64,000 nucleotides of DNA from Spizellomyces punctatus DAOM BR117 (taxonomy: Eukaryota): assembly GCA_000182565.2 (NCBI GenBank), contig KQ257453.1; one strand, given 5' to 3'. Both the position numbers and the translations under genes were made by a program. Shown here piece after piece: positions 49,589 to 63,468 of this stretch. The number at the start of each line of letters is the position of its first letter. Position 1 is the first letter of the stretch. The notes beneath the pieces were generated by a model that had not been told where the DNA came from, ran no database searches, and was given only the letters and a program-made list of their open reading frames with translations.

Positions 49589-52485
49589 ATGGACTGGTCG
49601 CAGCAAATGGGTGGATACTCTACTCAACAGCTAGCAATGGTTCAGCAGGCACAACAAGTCCAGCTGCAACAGCAACCGTCGCAGATTATGAGCAGCTATG
49701 CCACGTTGATATCTCCCACTGCCACTCCACCACCGTCTGCGGATACCGACTTGAATGTTCTTCTCAACAAGCCCGATCAGTCAGCATTCCTGCCTAGCCC
49801 TCCGCAGCCGTCACTGCCACAGCCGGCTCAGCAGGCGACTTTCGACCCAACGCCTGGCCCTTCGCCGCAGACCAGTGGGACACTCCCTCGCCGAGTGTCG
49901 TCTGCAAGACGGGAGCGGCACGGAGCAGAGTTGGCAAGTTTCCAAAAAGATAGATTCCCACAGTCCTCGAGGGACAATCGATACCCGGATTTTTTGGAAC
50001 AGCTGCTGCAGGTGTTTGAAAAGGCAAAGGACTTGATCGGAGGAGGAACCTGTGATGTTCAGTTCGCAAGGGATGCTCTTCGAGACGTTAGAGCGCGAGT
50101 GTCTGCTGCCAACAGCACAAGAGTACGTTATTTGCGTGATACCCGGACCTCGTTCTGAACATCTCGCTCATAATTGAACTTCTTTAGGGCTGGCGCATAT
50201 GGCTCAAGGAACCGCTTTTCAATCGCTTCCGAGATGTCAAGCAATGCTGTACGCCTCCTGATACTACCCACGCAGAGTTTGTAGAGCTGTTGCTGGACCT
50301 GTATTATCTTGTTCAAGAAGATCAGTGGCAGCAGGTTCGAGAGACGCTTTTGCAACCGCGGACGACACCCCTTTCTTTTGGCACACACGATGCCCAAGTC
50401 TCTTTCAAGGTGGAGAATGGAACAGTTGGCGCAAGTGTGGCGACGATGCATGGTGAACTGCTATCGTCTTCTGTGCAGCAGCAAGTGCAGCAAGCGTTAC
50501 AGCAGGCACTTCAACAACCAGTCGGAAACGCCCTTCAGCAACAGCTATCGGAGCAAGGACAAACACCTGTCTCGTTTTACATACCTGATGGGTCTGTTCA
50601 GATGACGCAATCCGCAATGGACAACCAAACGCCAATGATGGATCTGGCGACGGTACCTTCGGGCTGGACCCTACCCGTTTCGACAGAAGCCTTGGCGGCA
50701 TCCCAAATGGAGTTACATCCTCCTTTGCATCCCCTGAGTACGGCCCAAGCCATGGAGGATCTACAGTCAGGTCATAAACCTCCGCCTGTTGTGACAACTA
50801 CGCTCCCTGGGCGTCCTGTGCGGAGATCCTTGTCATCCCCAGGCGTTGCAAGACCAAGAGGAATACCGCGAACCCAGCAATTGCCGACACACCAGGATTA
50901 CATTCAGACCACTTTGAACCGTGCGAAGAGTTTTGGTGGTGGCATGAGGCGGCGAAAAGACGAAACTGGAGGGACCGGTCTCCAAAGGAAAGGTTCTTTG
51001 CGAGGGACAAAGTCCTCGGGAACAAAGTCAGATGATGTTCCCACCTCTCGAGCGCCATTTGTCATGCATCACAGACACGGCAGTACTGCTAGCACAAGTT
51101 CTGCTTTGTCATGTGCTACTGGTACCTCGACCTCGGCGTTTTATGCAAGGGATTCTCCGGCGCTACAACCAGTGCCAAACAGTCCAGCTCAACATCAGTG
51201 GCCACCGGAATCCGAGGCGCTCATGCAAGGGCTGGAAGCTATTAGTCTGAGTGATTCCAAGGACGCTGCAATTGCCGCAGTGGCTGCTGCTTACATCGAG
51301 CAACAGCAACAACAGCATCAGCACGAGCAGCACCAACAACAACAGCAACAACAACTACAGCAGCAGCAGCAGCAGCAGCATCATGAACAACATCCTCAAC
51401 AACAACAGCAGCACGAGATGCAAGTACAGGCTCAAGCTTTCAACGTTGGCGGTGGCCTGTTCCCTACTCAGTTGGTGCAGCAGCCCGTTTCGCTCATGAC
51501 GTACGGACAAATAGTTGAACATGCTGCTCAACAACAGCAGCTGGCGCAACATCAGTTTGCCGAGCAGCAGTTTGCTGAACAACAGTTTGCTGAACAGCAA
51601 TTTGCCCAGCAGCAGCTGGTCCAGCAACAGCTTGCTCAACAACATCTCGCACAGCAGCAACAACTCGCCCAACAACACCTGGCTCAACAGCACCTGGCTC
51701 AGCAGCAAGTAGTGGAACAGCACCATCTTGCACAACAATACTCACAACCGCCTCCAAGCTCCTCCGTGGCACAACAATCATCGGAACAAGCCCAGGAAGC
51801 AATGTTCAAATATACTACGTTGGAGGCGATCCCTGATAGCAGTCCGTATGGTTCAACCTCTAGCTTATTGGATACGATGATTGTCGACGAGAAGGATGAG
51901 GGGGTTCATCTATCACAGATCGAACCAGGAGTGCATGGTACCTTGGAGAGTACAAAGGCGACAAATGCGAGTCTGGATTCAATCTTCAAAACGTTGATAG
52001 ACGGAGACCCTACAGAGTCACAGCAGATGTTTGACGAGCCGCCAGGGTTACTCGGTCAGCAACATGGTGTTATGAGCACAGTCCCGCTTATGACGGACAT
52101 GAATGGAACAATGGTGATGATGCAAGGAGAGTACCAAAGTAGAGCTCCATCGGTTCAAACGGAACCTGTGCGCCCTTTCCCTGTACGCACCACGTCCGTG
52201 CCGACGACCTATCAGGCACACCCGGCGTCTCACGCTCAGCGGCACCAAACGTTCACATATGGTACGATCCCACAACCCACTGCGTACGCCCAGCCGTTTA
52301 GTACCCAATCCCAGCGTGTGCAGATTGACCCAACACCTGCTCCACTTCCGCCATCATATCCGCAAGTATCTGTTCAGGTGCCTATCATGCCGGCTCATGT
52401 CCAGGCGCAAATCCCAGTCGGACGTAACCGTTCAAAGACCATTTCAAGGTTTATTGGAAGATTGCCATTCATCAGGAGTGGTTAG
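49589..52485 (+). CDS. Gln-rich low-complexity coding region, probably the N-terminal part of the downstream RhoGEF gene
   Basis: ORFs 49589-~50124 and ~50190-52448 are joined by a short intron. PolyQ and (QQFAE/QQHLA)n repeats lie at 51300-51740. A possible GT donor sits at ~52449. Confidence 0.65.
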
Positions 52486-53389
52486 ATTCACAAAAGGACA
52501 TATGTCATCATTGCTTGCACCTGTCCCCTTTTGATGGCGGTTTTATTGGGATTTTATTCAGGATGATTTTATTATTTTTGATGTACTTTAGTTTTGTGCT
52601 ATTGGAAAGCGGCGTCGAGTGCTAGTCATAGAGGGCATTTTATGCTTTTGTGAGCCGGTAGGACGCTTTGGCTCTAGATTGTTCGTGCACCTTTTTTTTT
52701 CTTTAGAATATTACCGAGATACCATTATAACCTTACGTGATGCGTCTTTTTAAACTTTGTCTTTTTGGTACTTGAGGTTTGGTTTGTTTATATTTGCGGT
52801 CTTGGCTTTTGATGATGTGCCAAATCATGAATATTCTGGCGGGACAAGTGTCCCCACCCTTCAGGGATTGTTTTCCATTTTCTGACGTCAAGCTTGTTGG
52901 AAATCATCTGCGCGTGCTTTTTCAAATGAATCCTTGGCTTTCACTCTTTGCCCTAACGTTATTTTGAACTTGCGACAAGCCTCGGCAAAAACAGGTCTTG
53001 GCCCCGAATTCAAACTTTCTTGTCTTGGCGGATACGGTCAGCACAGTAAAGAAGCAAAATCAAGCCCCATTTTTAGAGTGTGCTGAACATCTGCAATGAA
53101 AAAAGACCCAAAGCGTCAAAATCACACTGTTAGTGGCACAGCCATGCTTCTTTCGTCACTATTCATTTATCTCTTTATGGAATGATATCTTTAATCCTTT
53201 GGATGCGCGTTATGGGGCTTAGGAGGAGTGGCGGATCAGTTTCATTAGGGCTGAAGCGTTCACGAACATTCCTCATTGCTTTTACATTTGTTTTCTTTTA
53301 CGCCTCATCGCCTATTGAAAGTTGCGCTGGGTTTCTATCAAGTTATTAGCTCGTCCCATTGTTTGTCAGCGCGTTCATCAGTGTACAGG

Positions 53390-56300
53390 TCGACTTGTAA
53401 GAGTCGTCATTATTCAACAGTGGGCATGGGGGAGATGTTTACGGGCGAGTCTCCCCGCACGTTTGCCATGCAGAGTGCTGGGAACGGATTTCCTCTCTTC
53501 CCGAAACGTCCCGAATTGGATGACGTGGGATCTTCTAGTGAAAGTGCAGAAGCGGTAACTACCATTAGTTTGTAAAGAGTAAAGTGGCAGTGACTAATAA
53601 CATGCACGTTCGTCGACTAGAACGTTTTGTCATGCTTGCGACTGGTTTTAACTCTTGCTGATGAACTATCTCGCTACAACATTGAAAACATCCGGACAGT
53701 CAAATTCCGGTACTTTGATACACCCGGCGCGTTGCAGAGTCTGGAAACGGTCGCTCTCTTTTGTAAAGAGCTGGATGCGGCGTTACGGAACTCGTTGGTT
53801 TCGCCCCCAGATAGTCCAGATAGTCCACATATTTCTTCGAAAGGGAAAGAGCCAATCACATCGGGCACCGTCGGAGCTGAGGCCGGAATAGATGATGTCG
53901 TGGGGAGACGGTCAGCCGGACCAGAGCTTTCGGTCGTATCGTCCGTGCCGTTCCCCCGTCCTGAGTATTTATCCGCGCACGAGCAGGTCAATGCACCGTC
54001 ATCTTCCTCACTATCTTTAGTGGAGCCTCCTCTTTCAAGCGAAATGGAGCTTAGTCAAGAGGGGGTCTACAGGTGCTACACTGAGGTGGTTGCGGATCCG
54101 TCAGACGACATGGCAATCAACATAAAATTGATGGATCGCGTACGGGTAGATATCCGTATGGAGGACGGCGTCACTGGCATCGGAACGAATCTGAATACAG
54201 GTGCTATGGGATCTTTCCCATTGAGTTGTTTGGAGGTGCCGAGTGACGTGGACACGAGAGATTGGAAGCGAAGTGGGACATTGGCATCTTCGGTTCTCAG
54301 TGGAAATACTTCCGTGTCTTCAGAGTTGGCGGGCGGTGCACTGCGCGGGTACGCAGATGCACATATGCCGCCACATGTTGTTACGCAAAACTTTGTTCTC
54401 TCGCCTGTGCCAGAGGACAGACCAAGGGTCCGCAGAGAGTCCGAGCCATTGGTATCACGGTTCAATTCGGAGGATAACCAAGTGATGAATGGGGTGAGCG
54501 AGTCATCAAGGCCACCTCAGCGTTCCGACTCGCTACAGCAAAGATTGGAAGCATTGTACCAGTACCAACATGTACCAAGCGAAGCTGTTTCGGAACCGTT
54601 ACCGCAACCCACGCAACATCAAATTCCTATGCGGGTAGCTTCTGTGCAACCACGTCCACAGCAAGCTTCAGGGCCACCGGTGCCTGCAAAAGACCATCCG
54701 TCAGCTGAACCCTCGACAGCACCAGCGATGATCCATGTACCTGGACCATCCAGACCCGGACTTACCCGGGCAGCGACAAAGCCTCTTTCGGCTCAAGTAA
54801 TTGAGAAACGCAAATTCGCTCGTCAAGTCATTGCCGAACTATATGAGACAGAAAAGAACTTTATGGAGGGAATGGAAGTACTGATAAATCAATTCATGTA
54901 CCCTCTCGCCCACGCATCCTCGAGCGAAGAAACGACTATCACCAAGGTTGAGCATTCCACACTGTTTCGTAATATTCCCGGGTTGCGAAATTTGAGCAGG
55001 AAGATTTGCGAGTTGTTGAAGGCAGCTATGGCTAAGGCGGAGGCAGATGAGGAAGGCGACGTGGGAGGAGGCGCTGTAGCAGCTGTCGTCAATGTGTTTT
55101 TGGTGAATGTAGAGTTTGAGGAATGGTCGACATACGTGCGGTACATGGAAGGGTACTCACATGCGAAGCAGACATTTGCACAACTGAAGGAGCGTCCAGA
55201 GTTTAGCGAAGTACTTGATGTGCGTGCTTACGGATCAGAGTTTGCATATTGGTTTATGGTTTGGAAACTCAATTTCATTGTCATTTTAGAAACTCGAGAG
55301 TGCAAAGGAATGCAATCGATATACGTTTGAACACTATATGATCCTACCGGTGCAGCGAATCGGGCGGTATCACTTACTGTTGGGCAGACTCAAGAAGGTG
55401 ACGGACGAAGAAGATCCAGTTCACCAGTCGTAAGTTTGTCAAAGGTTGGGTTCAGTTATTGTACACCAACCCTGATTATGCGTATCAGTATTGAAACAGC
55501 AGAACAGTATATGAAGCAAATCGGGGATGTACTGGAAAGTGTTCAAAAGCAGGAGGAAGAGCTCCGTAGAGTGTTTGAAGTGTATGAAGCGATTGAGGGA
55601 TGTCCGGTATGTGAACAAACGCCACTATTCGACGTCTCCAAAACTCTACATCAACTCATTCTGATACTATGTAATAGCCGGATATCATCTCAGCATCTCG
55701 CCGTCGTTTGCTGTCATCTTTCGAGGTTGATGAGCTCTTTTCCGGGCGCAAACTCCACATGCACGTCTTTAGCGACTGTTTCTTGCTGTCAACCCGCAAT
55801 CGCTCTACGTCATCTGCATCCCTACAGCACACGGTATCCTCAGCAGCTTCGCTTGCCAATACCTGGAAAAATCGGAATAAAGATAAAGACAAGGACAGAA
55901 GCAGGAAAGAAAATCAAAAAGAGTTTACATTTGTTGCTCGTGTTGAATTGCGCGATGTCGAAGTTCAAAGCGTTGGAAATGTTGAGGATGGACTTGCTGG
56001 GTTCCCAGAGCTATCCCCATATCTACAATTGAGCGGTGGAAATAGTGGACGTGTTGCGGTATTACGACATATACCCGGCGGTGGAACGTTTGAAAGACAC
56101 TCAAAAATCGTTGGTCTACCTTTGATCTCAGCCACCGACCATGAGCGAATTCCTGTCCCTCCTTCCCACCGCCGGAGCATAGACTCCTCCTCTTCGTCTC
56201 TCTCCTCACCCTCCTCACCATCGAACCTCTCCCGCCATCCGTCCACCTCGTCTGGCGGATCAACTTTTGGTCACATGAACCTTAGCCGTCGAGGTACAGC

Positions 56301-56451
56301 GAAGAGCATGAACGGCATCATTGGCCGACCCAGCATGGACCAAGACAGTCAAAGAGGAGACCAAGATTTATATGCGTTCAGAGTCCCCGATTCCACAAGA
56401 ATGGCCGGGTTGTTGGCTGCACTTGGATTGGCTGGCGTACAAAGACCCTGA
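53390..56451 (+). CDS. SH3 + RhoGEF (DH) + PH domain protein, multi-exon
   Basis: SH3-like YRCYTEVVADPSDDMAINIKLMDRVRV..GTNLNTGAMGSFPLSCL. DH RQVIAELYETEKNFMEGM, LFRNIPGL, YMILPVQRIGRYHLLL..LKKVT. PH-like LHMHVFSDCFLLS. Confidence 0.85.
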
Positions 56452-56705
56452 AAAGAGAAAGTGTATTAAATGCAACATTTCCTACATGTATATAGCTGTT
56501 ACTTTTGTCTTTATGAAATGTGTTTTGGAGCGGAAAGGAGAAAACAAGAAAGTGAATACATTTATATGTTTTTACAAAAATGGTTTGGGAGAAAGTATTA
56601 CACACATCTTGCACCTTGGGTTCTTTGAGGAAGAAGACTGGTCGAGTGATTCTAGATATTTGGAAATATTACGATCTATTTAAGACAAAAAGCTAGACCT
56701 CTCAT

Positions 56706-56777
56706 GGTTCCATGGTGTAGTGGTTAGCACTCAGGACTTTGAATCCTGCGACTCGAGTTCGAATCTCGGTGGGACCT
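56706..56777 (+). tRNA. tRNA-Gln(TTG)
   Basis: GGTTCCA TGGTGTAGTGGTTAGCACT CAGGA CTTTGAA TCCTG ... GAGTTCGAATCTC GGTGGGACCT, a canonical cloverleaf. Confidence 0.96.
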
Positions 56778-58111
56778 GTCAAAGCATAGCTGGTGCAATT
56801 TTTGCCCCTGGCTTTTGTACATATTGCAAGTGGAGTGTTTGATTGCCACAGCATTTTGGGGGGTCGATCGCCAACTAGCCAAAAAGACTCGGTACTGCAG
56901 TTGTTTTAGAATGTTTGTTGCTACATTTAACAAACCGCCTGGATTTCTGTTCGTCATCCATGGCAGGAAATCGATCATCCGTTAACTGCCACTTGTTTTA
57001 GAATGTTGTGTTGCTACATTGGAAACATATGTGGATTTCAGTCGCCAAACTTGTCCCATAGGGACTTTTAGCCCTTTGCCATCGGTGTGCTAATAGTAAT
57101 CATTATTATTATTTATGCTTCAATGATGGAATGTGGACGCAACTCGTTCTGAAGCAAGTATCAGAAACGGAATGGTTGATTTTTAGGTTCGGGTGCTACA
57201 TCCAACAAACAAACATTTGCCAATTGCATCAATGAAAAATACTCCACAGATGAGGTGCCATTGACATGTTTAGAAAGGCAAAAATACCAAGGAATAAGCA
57301 CATAATAACACAGACCGCAAAGGAATTTCACTCCATGGCCATGCTCCATTGAGCTTGCTGTTAAACAATTTGTGGGAGGCGAAACGATATTTGATATCTC
57401 TCTCTCTTATTTACAAAATGACGAAAAAATAACAAGGTTTAGACTCAATAAAACACTCCCAACGCTTGCCAACTGTCTTTTCTCCAATGCTTCAGGCCTT
57501 GCAAACCTGTTGATAAAGTATCCATAATTAGTGTCAACACATTTGAGGGAGGGAGGCCCACTTAAAAAGAATGGCTTAAACTAACTTTTGACCCGTGTTT
57601 GGGACATTAGCGTTTTTAAAACTACCAAAGGATGTTTGGGTTGGTTTTTTTTTTTTTTTAAAACAAAGTATCATACATTTGGATGTAATGACAAGTTTTA
57701 ACGAGAGGCCCAACATACAACCACCGCCAACAAGTCGCTTTTCAAAAACCCGGTGGAGGTACTCATTCCGAGGTTGCTTGATTAGGGTTACTTTTTTAGT
57801 GCAGGCATAAACGGCATATGGTTGGCTCTTTGCTTTTTAGTCTACAAAGTTACCTTGCGGAGGACTTGCCAGATGGACGATGGCACTAGTTTTGGGGGAA
57901 AGGAGGTATCCCAACTGGGTTCCCGAGTTTAAACAAAAGCTTGGCAGGATAACAAGGATATATAAAGTAGGAAGGGAAGGGTTTCCTGGGCCCCTGCTTC
58001 TTGCTTTCATATACAAGGGAGGTTTTGAAAAAACGTAGAGGAAAAAGTTGCTAGTCGTTCGATTTCCTACCCAGATTTCCTTTATAAAAAGTCATATTGA
58101 TATCATAGAAT

Positions 58112-60211
58112 ATGAGGTTCTCGGTTCTTACAACCGTCCTCCTCGCCGTATCCAGCACGCAGGCTCGGCCTCTGAATAACCAACGGCGACATGAAGTAGC
58201 TACCTCGCCAACGCCGACTGGTCCGCCGTCTGGGACGCAATCAACCTCACCAGGTGGGGACCCACCAGCGGTGCCGCCAGCGACTGTACCAACGGCGCCT
58301 CAACCCGGTACGCCACAACCTGGAAACGTAGCAGGCGAAATTGAAAAAGCCAAAGCCGCCATCCAAGATGCTGCTGCCACTATCGCAAAGCTTTTAGATG
58401 GGTTTGTAGCTGGTAACAAGGCACCAAACAATGGCGCACCTGCACCCGCACCTGCTGCAACTATCAATGGGGCCGACCCCCCCGTCGCTACCACGCCTGC
58501 CGGTGCTAGCGATCCCGCAAGAAGTCCTTCAGGGCCCGCAACGCAGATCCCACCTCCTGTAACTCCAGGCGGACCCAATCCTCCTGCCCCGGAGATCCCA
58601 CCTCCTGTAACTCCAGGCGGACCCAATCCCCCCGCTCCAGGAGACACCACCGGTACTCCTGCCAACGTCCCAAAAGACGCCCCCAAAGCTACCCCAGGAG
58701 AGACCACCGGTACTCCTGTCGACGTCCCTAAAACCCCGGACGCCCCCAAAACTGCCCCAAGCCCCGGAGGTACTGGCGACAGCCCAAAAACTCCACAGAC
58801 CCCACCTCCTGGAGGTAATAAAAATGGAACCGAAACTGGAGCTCCAAAAACAGGCGGGGATAAAAAGACTCCTGATGCTGGAACTGGGAAAAAGGAGACC
58901 GGAGCTGCAAAAACGGGCGATGGTAAGAAGACTCCTGATGCTGGAACTGGGAAAAAGGAGACCGGAGCTGCAAAAACCGGCGGTGATAAGAAGACTGGAA
59001 CTGGGAAAACGGACACTGGAGCTGCAAAAACGGGCGATGGTAAGAAGACTCCTGATGCTGGAACTGGGAAAAAGGATACCGGAGCTGCAAAAACGGGCGA
59101 TGGTAAGAAGGCACCCGATGCTGGAACTGGAGCAAAGAAAGGAGACGAGACCGCAGGAAAGACAACCGATACTGGGGCAGGAAAGGCCAAAACTCCAGGC
59201 GCAAAGATTCCGCTTCCGCCTGCTGGCACCAATTCGACAGGTGCCCCCGCTAGCCAGGAGACTGCTGCTACTCCTACCACTCCTGGTAAAAAAACCCAAC
59301 CCGTTACTATAACCGGAACCCCGGAGGAAATTCAAAAGAAAATCGATGCCAGTATCGCTACCGTCACCGGTAAGGGAGGAGCTGCCCAAGGCGGCGGAGC
59401 GAAGAAAGGCGGAGCGAAAAAAGCTGGAGATGCTAAAGCTGGAGATGCCAAAGCCGGAGATGCCAAAGCTGGAGATGCTAAAGCTGGAGATGCTAAAGCC
59501 GGAGATGCCAAAGGCCAAAAGGGAGCCAAGGGGAAAGCCAAGGACGCCGGAGATGCCAAAGGCCAAAAGGGAGCCAAGGGGAAAGGCAAGGACGACGGAG
59601 CTGCCAAGGGGAAGGCCAAAGACAATGGAGCAGCCAAGGCGAAGGCCAAAGACGGCGGAGCAGCAGCCAAAACCCCAGATGCTACCCCAGGAGCCGCCAA
59701 AGACGGTGGAGTAGCCAAAACCCCAGATGCGAAAACCCCAGGTGCTAAAACCCCCGATGCGAAAACCCCAGATGCTACGCCGGGAGCCGCCAAAGACGGT
59801 GGAGCAGCCAAGGCCCCAGGAAAAGCCAAAGAAGACACAGGAGCAGTGAACAATGGAGCAACCACCGATACCACTGAAACAACAGTAGCACCCAATCCTG
59901 ACGATAATGACGACGGAGATGGATCCAACTTTACTGCCGCTTTCCTAGCACGGCGCAATCCACAAGATCCAAAGACGACGCCTGGAGGAGCAAAGACCGC
60001 ACCTGGAGGAGCAGATAAGGCACCTGGAGGAGCAAACAAGGCACCTGGAGGAGCAAACAAGGCACCTGGAAAGGCAGAGGACAGTTCTGTAGGAACAAAG
60101 GCGAAGCCTGGAGGAGAAAAGGAGGCACCCAAGCAAAAGTCGCCAGCGCTTCCCACTCTAAAGACCCCACCTGGAGGACCAGTGGTAATAGCAAATGCAA
60201 TCGTTTACTAG
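58112..60211 (+). CDS. Secreted intronless low-complexity protein (P/G/A/K/T/D-rich) built from several tandem repeat families
   Basis: Signal peptide MRFSVLTTVLLAVSSTQA. Repeats IPPPVTPGGPNPPAP x2, TGAAKTGDGKKTPDAGTGKK x~5, AGDAK x6, AKTPD and APGGANK. Confidence 0.85.
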   Translation: MRFSVLTTVLLAVSSTQARPLNNQRRHEVATSPTPTGPPSGTQSTSPGGDPPAVPPATVPTAPQPGTPQPGNVAGEIEKAKAAIQDAAATIAKLLDGFVAGNKAPNNGAPAPAPAATINGADPPVATTPAGASDPARSPSGPATQIPPPVTPGGPNPPAPEIPPPVTPGGPNPPAPGDTTGTPANVPKDAPKATPGETTGTPVDVPKTPDAPKTAPSPGGTGDSPKTPQTPPPGGNKNGTETGAPKTGGDKKTPDAGTGKKETGAAKTGDGKKTPDAGTGKKETGAAKTGGDKKTGTGKTDTGAAKTGDGKKTPDAGTGKKDTGAAKTGDGKKAPDAGTGAKKGDETAGKTTDTGAGKAKTPGAKIPLPPAGTNSTGAPASQETAATPTTPGKKTQPVTITGTPEEIQKKIDASIATVTGKGGAAQGGGAKKGGAKKAGDAKAGDAKAGDAKAGDAKAGDAKAGDAKGQKGAKGKAKDAGDAKGQKGAKGKGKDDGAAKGKAKDNGAAKAKAKDGGAAAKTPDATPGAAKDGGVAKTPDAKTPGAKTPDAKTPDATPGAAKDGGAAKAPGKAKEDTGAVNNGATTDTTETTVAPNPDDNDDGDGSNFTAAFLARRNPQDPKTTPGGAKTAPGGADKAPGGANKAPGGANKAPGKAEDSSVGTKAKPGGEKEAPKQKSPALPTLKTPPGGPVVIANAIVY

Positions 60212-60872
60212 CCAAAAAGTCAAAACATTGAGATTGGATTAGAGCGAAAAAATCGTATATCAGAATACCGGAGAGATGTAAATACTTTATGGACGCTTGG
60301 AAACAATGAAAAAAAAAAAAATGTAGAGTATAACGAACGAAAAAAAAACTGGAAAGAAATAGGGAGGGGTTTGTTTATAGCGGGCGTGTCATCACATATG
60401 AAATGCTGTAGAAAAACGAATGCAAGGTTTTTTTTTGTATAAAAATCCTTTATGTATAAATTCTGTTGCGAAAACGAAATAAAAAATCAACAAAAAAATA
60501 TCGAACTGGCGAAGCCGAGTATCTGTTCTTTCTTTGTTATGAGTATACAGATGTCTCATCCAAAGGATATGCAATCTAGTCACTCTAAACATTCAAAAAA
60601 CAAATGGATGATGCATACAGAGATGTGAACGTGTTAAACTTTTTGGTATATTATGCAACTCTTCTTTTAATTACAAGCAACTGGACTACGTACATGACCT
60701 AGACTCGATATCACACGCACAGCGTACGATTACGCCGTCGTCTAGCAAACCCGCAAGGTTCTATAAAAACTTGTCGCCGTCATCACATCTAAACGCCGCA
60801 ACAGGAATACGCCCCCAATCGACAAATGTTTTTTGTCTGTTCCAGAATTCACATAGGTTCATGTCCATATCA

Positions 60873-62168
60873 TCACCTTCTACCAAATGACCCTCCTTGC
60901 CCATGTCCATGCCCATGCCCGCTTCCAGTGTCACTCCACCCGCTATTCGATGTTCCATACCCAACACCATATTGATAACCGCCATAGTCATAATAGGCAG
61001 GAGCTTGTGCTATATTGCCAGTCATCGCCATTGGCACCGGGGAGGGTGTCGTCGACGGAATGGGTGTTGGAGTCGGTCGGTTGACCGAAAGCTCGCTGTG
61101 GATGGATGGTTCATGGACAAGGCGGTCTGCTGTTGTGGAAGGAGAGCTGAAGCTTGCAGACATGCGCTGACGAAAATTGCTGGAGGGCTGTTTAAAATAA
61201 TAAAGAAAAGTCAGTCTCTTGTACAGTAAAAGATTGGTTTTCGCCAAACTCAGAGCAACCAACTTTAAGTTTCCACTTTCTGAAAGCATAAATGGCTAAC
61301 GCGGCACCGACGACACACACACTGGCGACCACGATGCCTGTTATAGCAGTGCCTTTTAGTGAGCTTGTTTTCGGCGAATCTTCTAGTGATGAATTTGGTG
61401 CCGTTGCTGAGGTTGGACTTGGCTGGAGCGCCGTTCTGCTATTGGACGCTGTAATGTGCCTTGTCTCTGTTACAATTCGCGGCGGGTCATTAGCTCCAAC
61501 AACCTGGGACGGTTGAGATTGTGATGGCTGGGAAGGTCCAGGCTGCGGCTGCGGCTGCGGTTGAGGTTGGGGTTGGGGTTGGGGCTGAGGTTGAGGTTGA
61601 GGTTGGGGCTGCGGCTGCGGTTGCGGTTGCGGTTGAGGATTTGGTGTCGGGTCCTATTCCAAAACCAGAGTTAAACCGGTGACATCTACTGGTGGGTCAT
61701 CTATGCACCCACCTGTTGCACGATACGAGTAACTGAAGTAACTACAACAGTCCGTGGGGGAGTACTTACCGATGGATCTGGTGCACGAGAGGGAGTCGCT
61801 TGGGAATGTGGAGGATTGGTCGGTGACGGACTTGGTCCCGTAGGCCTGTCCGAAGGGGATTGTGGTGACGGCCTGTCAGAAGAAGGCGCCGGAGAGGGCG
61901 GTACCGGCGTGCTTCCACCACCAGCCTGAGTGGGGGACGGCTTCGGATCGCTTGAAGGAGGAGGATTGTTGGTCGGAGCGGTGGATCCGCCCCCGCTCCT
62001 CGTTCCCTGTCGCGGTACTAGTCCAAGCGCCTTTTCATGATTCTCAAATGCCCGTCGCGTCAGTTCCAAAGAACGCCGTCTGTCGCCAGCAACAAAGGGC
62101 GGGTATAATGTAACAAGTGCAATGACGAGCAACAGGTAAACAAATCGCGCAGCAGAGAGAGGTGACAT
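60873..62168 (-). CDS. Single-pass cell-surface protein (signal peptide, P/S/T-rich and (PQ)n ectodomain, TM helix, short tail; Mid2/WSC-like layout)
   Basis: Signal MSPLSAARFVYLLLVIALV. (PQ)n encoded at ~61540-61637. TM TAITGIVVASVCVVGAALAIYAF-RK at ~61280-61350. Tail ORF ends at 60873. Two introns. Confidence 0.75.
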
Positions 62169-63468
62169 TTGTTTTTTTTCGATTTTCGTTCAATCCAAAG
62201 CAGGGGGGAATATATAAACTTGTGTGCCTGTCAAACAGCAGACGCATGAATTCACGGCAAGTATGCACAAAAACAAACAAAAAAAACTGGCAGCGGACAA
62301 GGAAAATCAACGACGACGACGACGACGAGCGCAGGGCCAAAAGAAAGACATTTGAAACCCATCGCACTTTTGCCAATGACATCATTAATGTTCTATACCT
62401 TTTGAAACAAGTCTTTTACAAACAGAACGAGCGAAAAAGAATACGCAATGTGGTGTAGAATCGATAATGAAAAGCCTTTTGAGCAGCAGGAACTGTTTGC
62501 TAAAAGCCGTTTTTCCAGTTTCCGTTTCTTCGTTTGTATTCGATGACCTTTCCAATGCCCCGCTTAAGAACACCCCCAACAGTCTGAAATCGACACAAAA
62601 AAAAAGAGCTTTACATCCAACTCACAACCCACCAGCCAAAAACGCTACGAAAAAAAAAAAGCCTTTCGTCGTCGTCTAGCCGCCGTCAATCTCCTTTTCT
62701 CCTTGAAATGCCTTGAAGGAGGGGGGAAGATGGCCGTTGGGGGGAGTTACCATGGTGATTCTGTCAGGCACAATCACTGTGCCACTGCTACTTCATTTCG
62801 GGATTCGCTTCATTTCCAACACGCGCGGGTGGAAACCCAAGGCAGCCCAAAGCAGCCAAAAAAGCTGAGCAAAAAGCCCAAAGCAACAAAACTTTGGATA
62901 CATGACCACATCCACGTTGGATGCTCCAAAAGTAACGATACAAATCAAACAATCTGCAGAAAGAGAAAGGTCTTCCGTGTGTGCTTTTCATCGCTTGGCA
63001 TCTTGCTGTCCAGAATGGAGCGTATCAACTCGTGTTTGCACATGCGTTCTATTCAAAGCACAAGCGCAATACGATGGGGGCGTCATGCACACGTAGACCG
63101 TGGAAATGAACACTTCCAGCCGTCATTCAACTGGTTCCGCTTGTGTGCCTTCCAGATGTTAAAAAGCCTAAATGTTCTAAATAAACCCTCTTGAGTACTT
63201 TTACAATTTATCCATAAATAGAGTTACGGTGACTGTGACACCCTATTTATGCTATTTATAGAAATAAAGTTACAAGCGCGGCAGGTCTCGCGGACCCTTT
63301 CCAATGATGGTTTTTAGCTTTTGGGATGTGACAAAAGAGCTAGAAAAAAAAGAACACTTACTCATGCTGGGGATGGAAGGATAAAAAGGGCGGTCCTAAG
63401 TTTCCCTCCCAGACTGAAATAACGACTTTTTAGTTTTCCATTCGATACACAGCTCAAAAACAAAGAAC

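Noticed and set aside
56895-57050. ~27-bp repeat TTGTTTTAGAATGTT(G)TGTTGCTACATT downstream of tRNA-Gln
   Set aside because: Only two copies of a small local duplication, with no evidence of an array or function.
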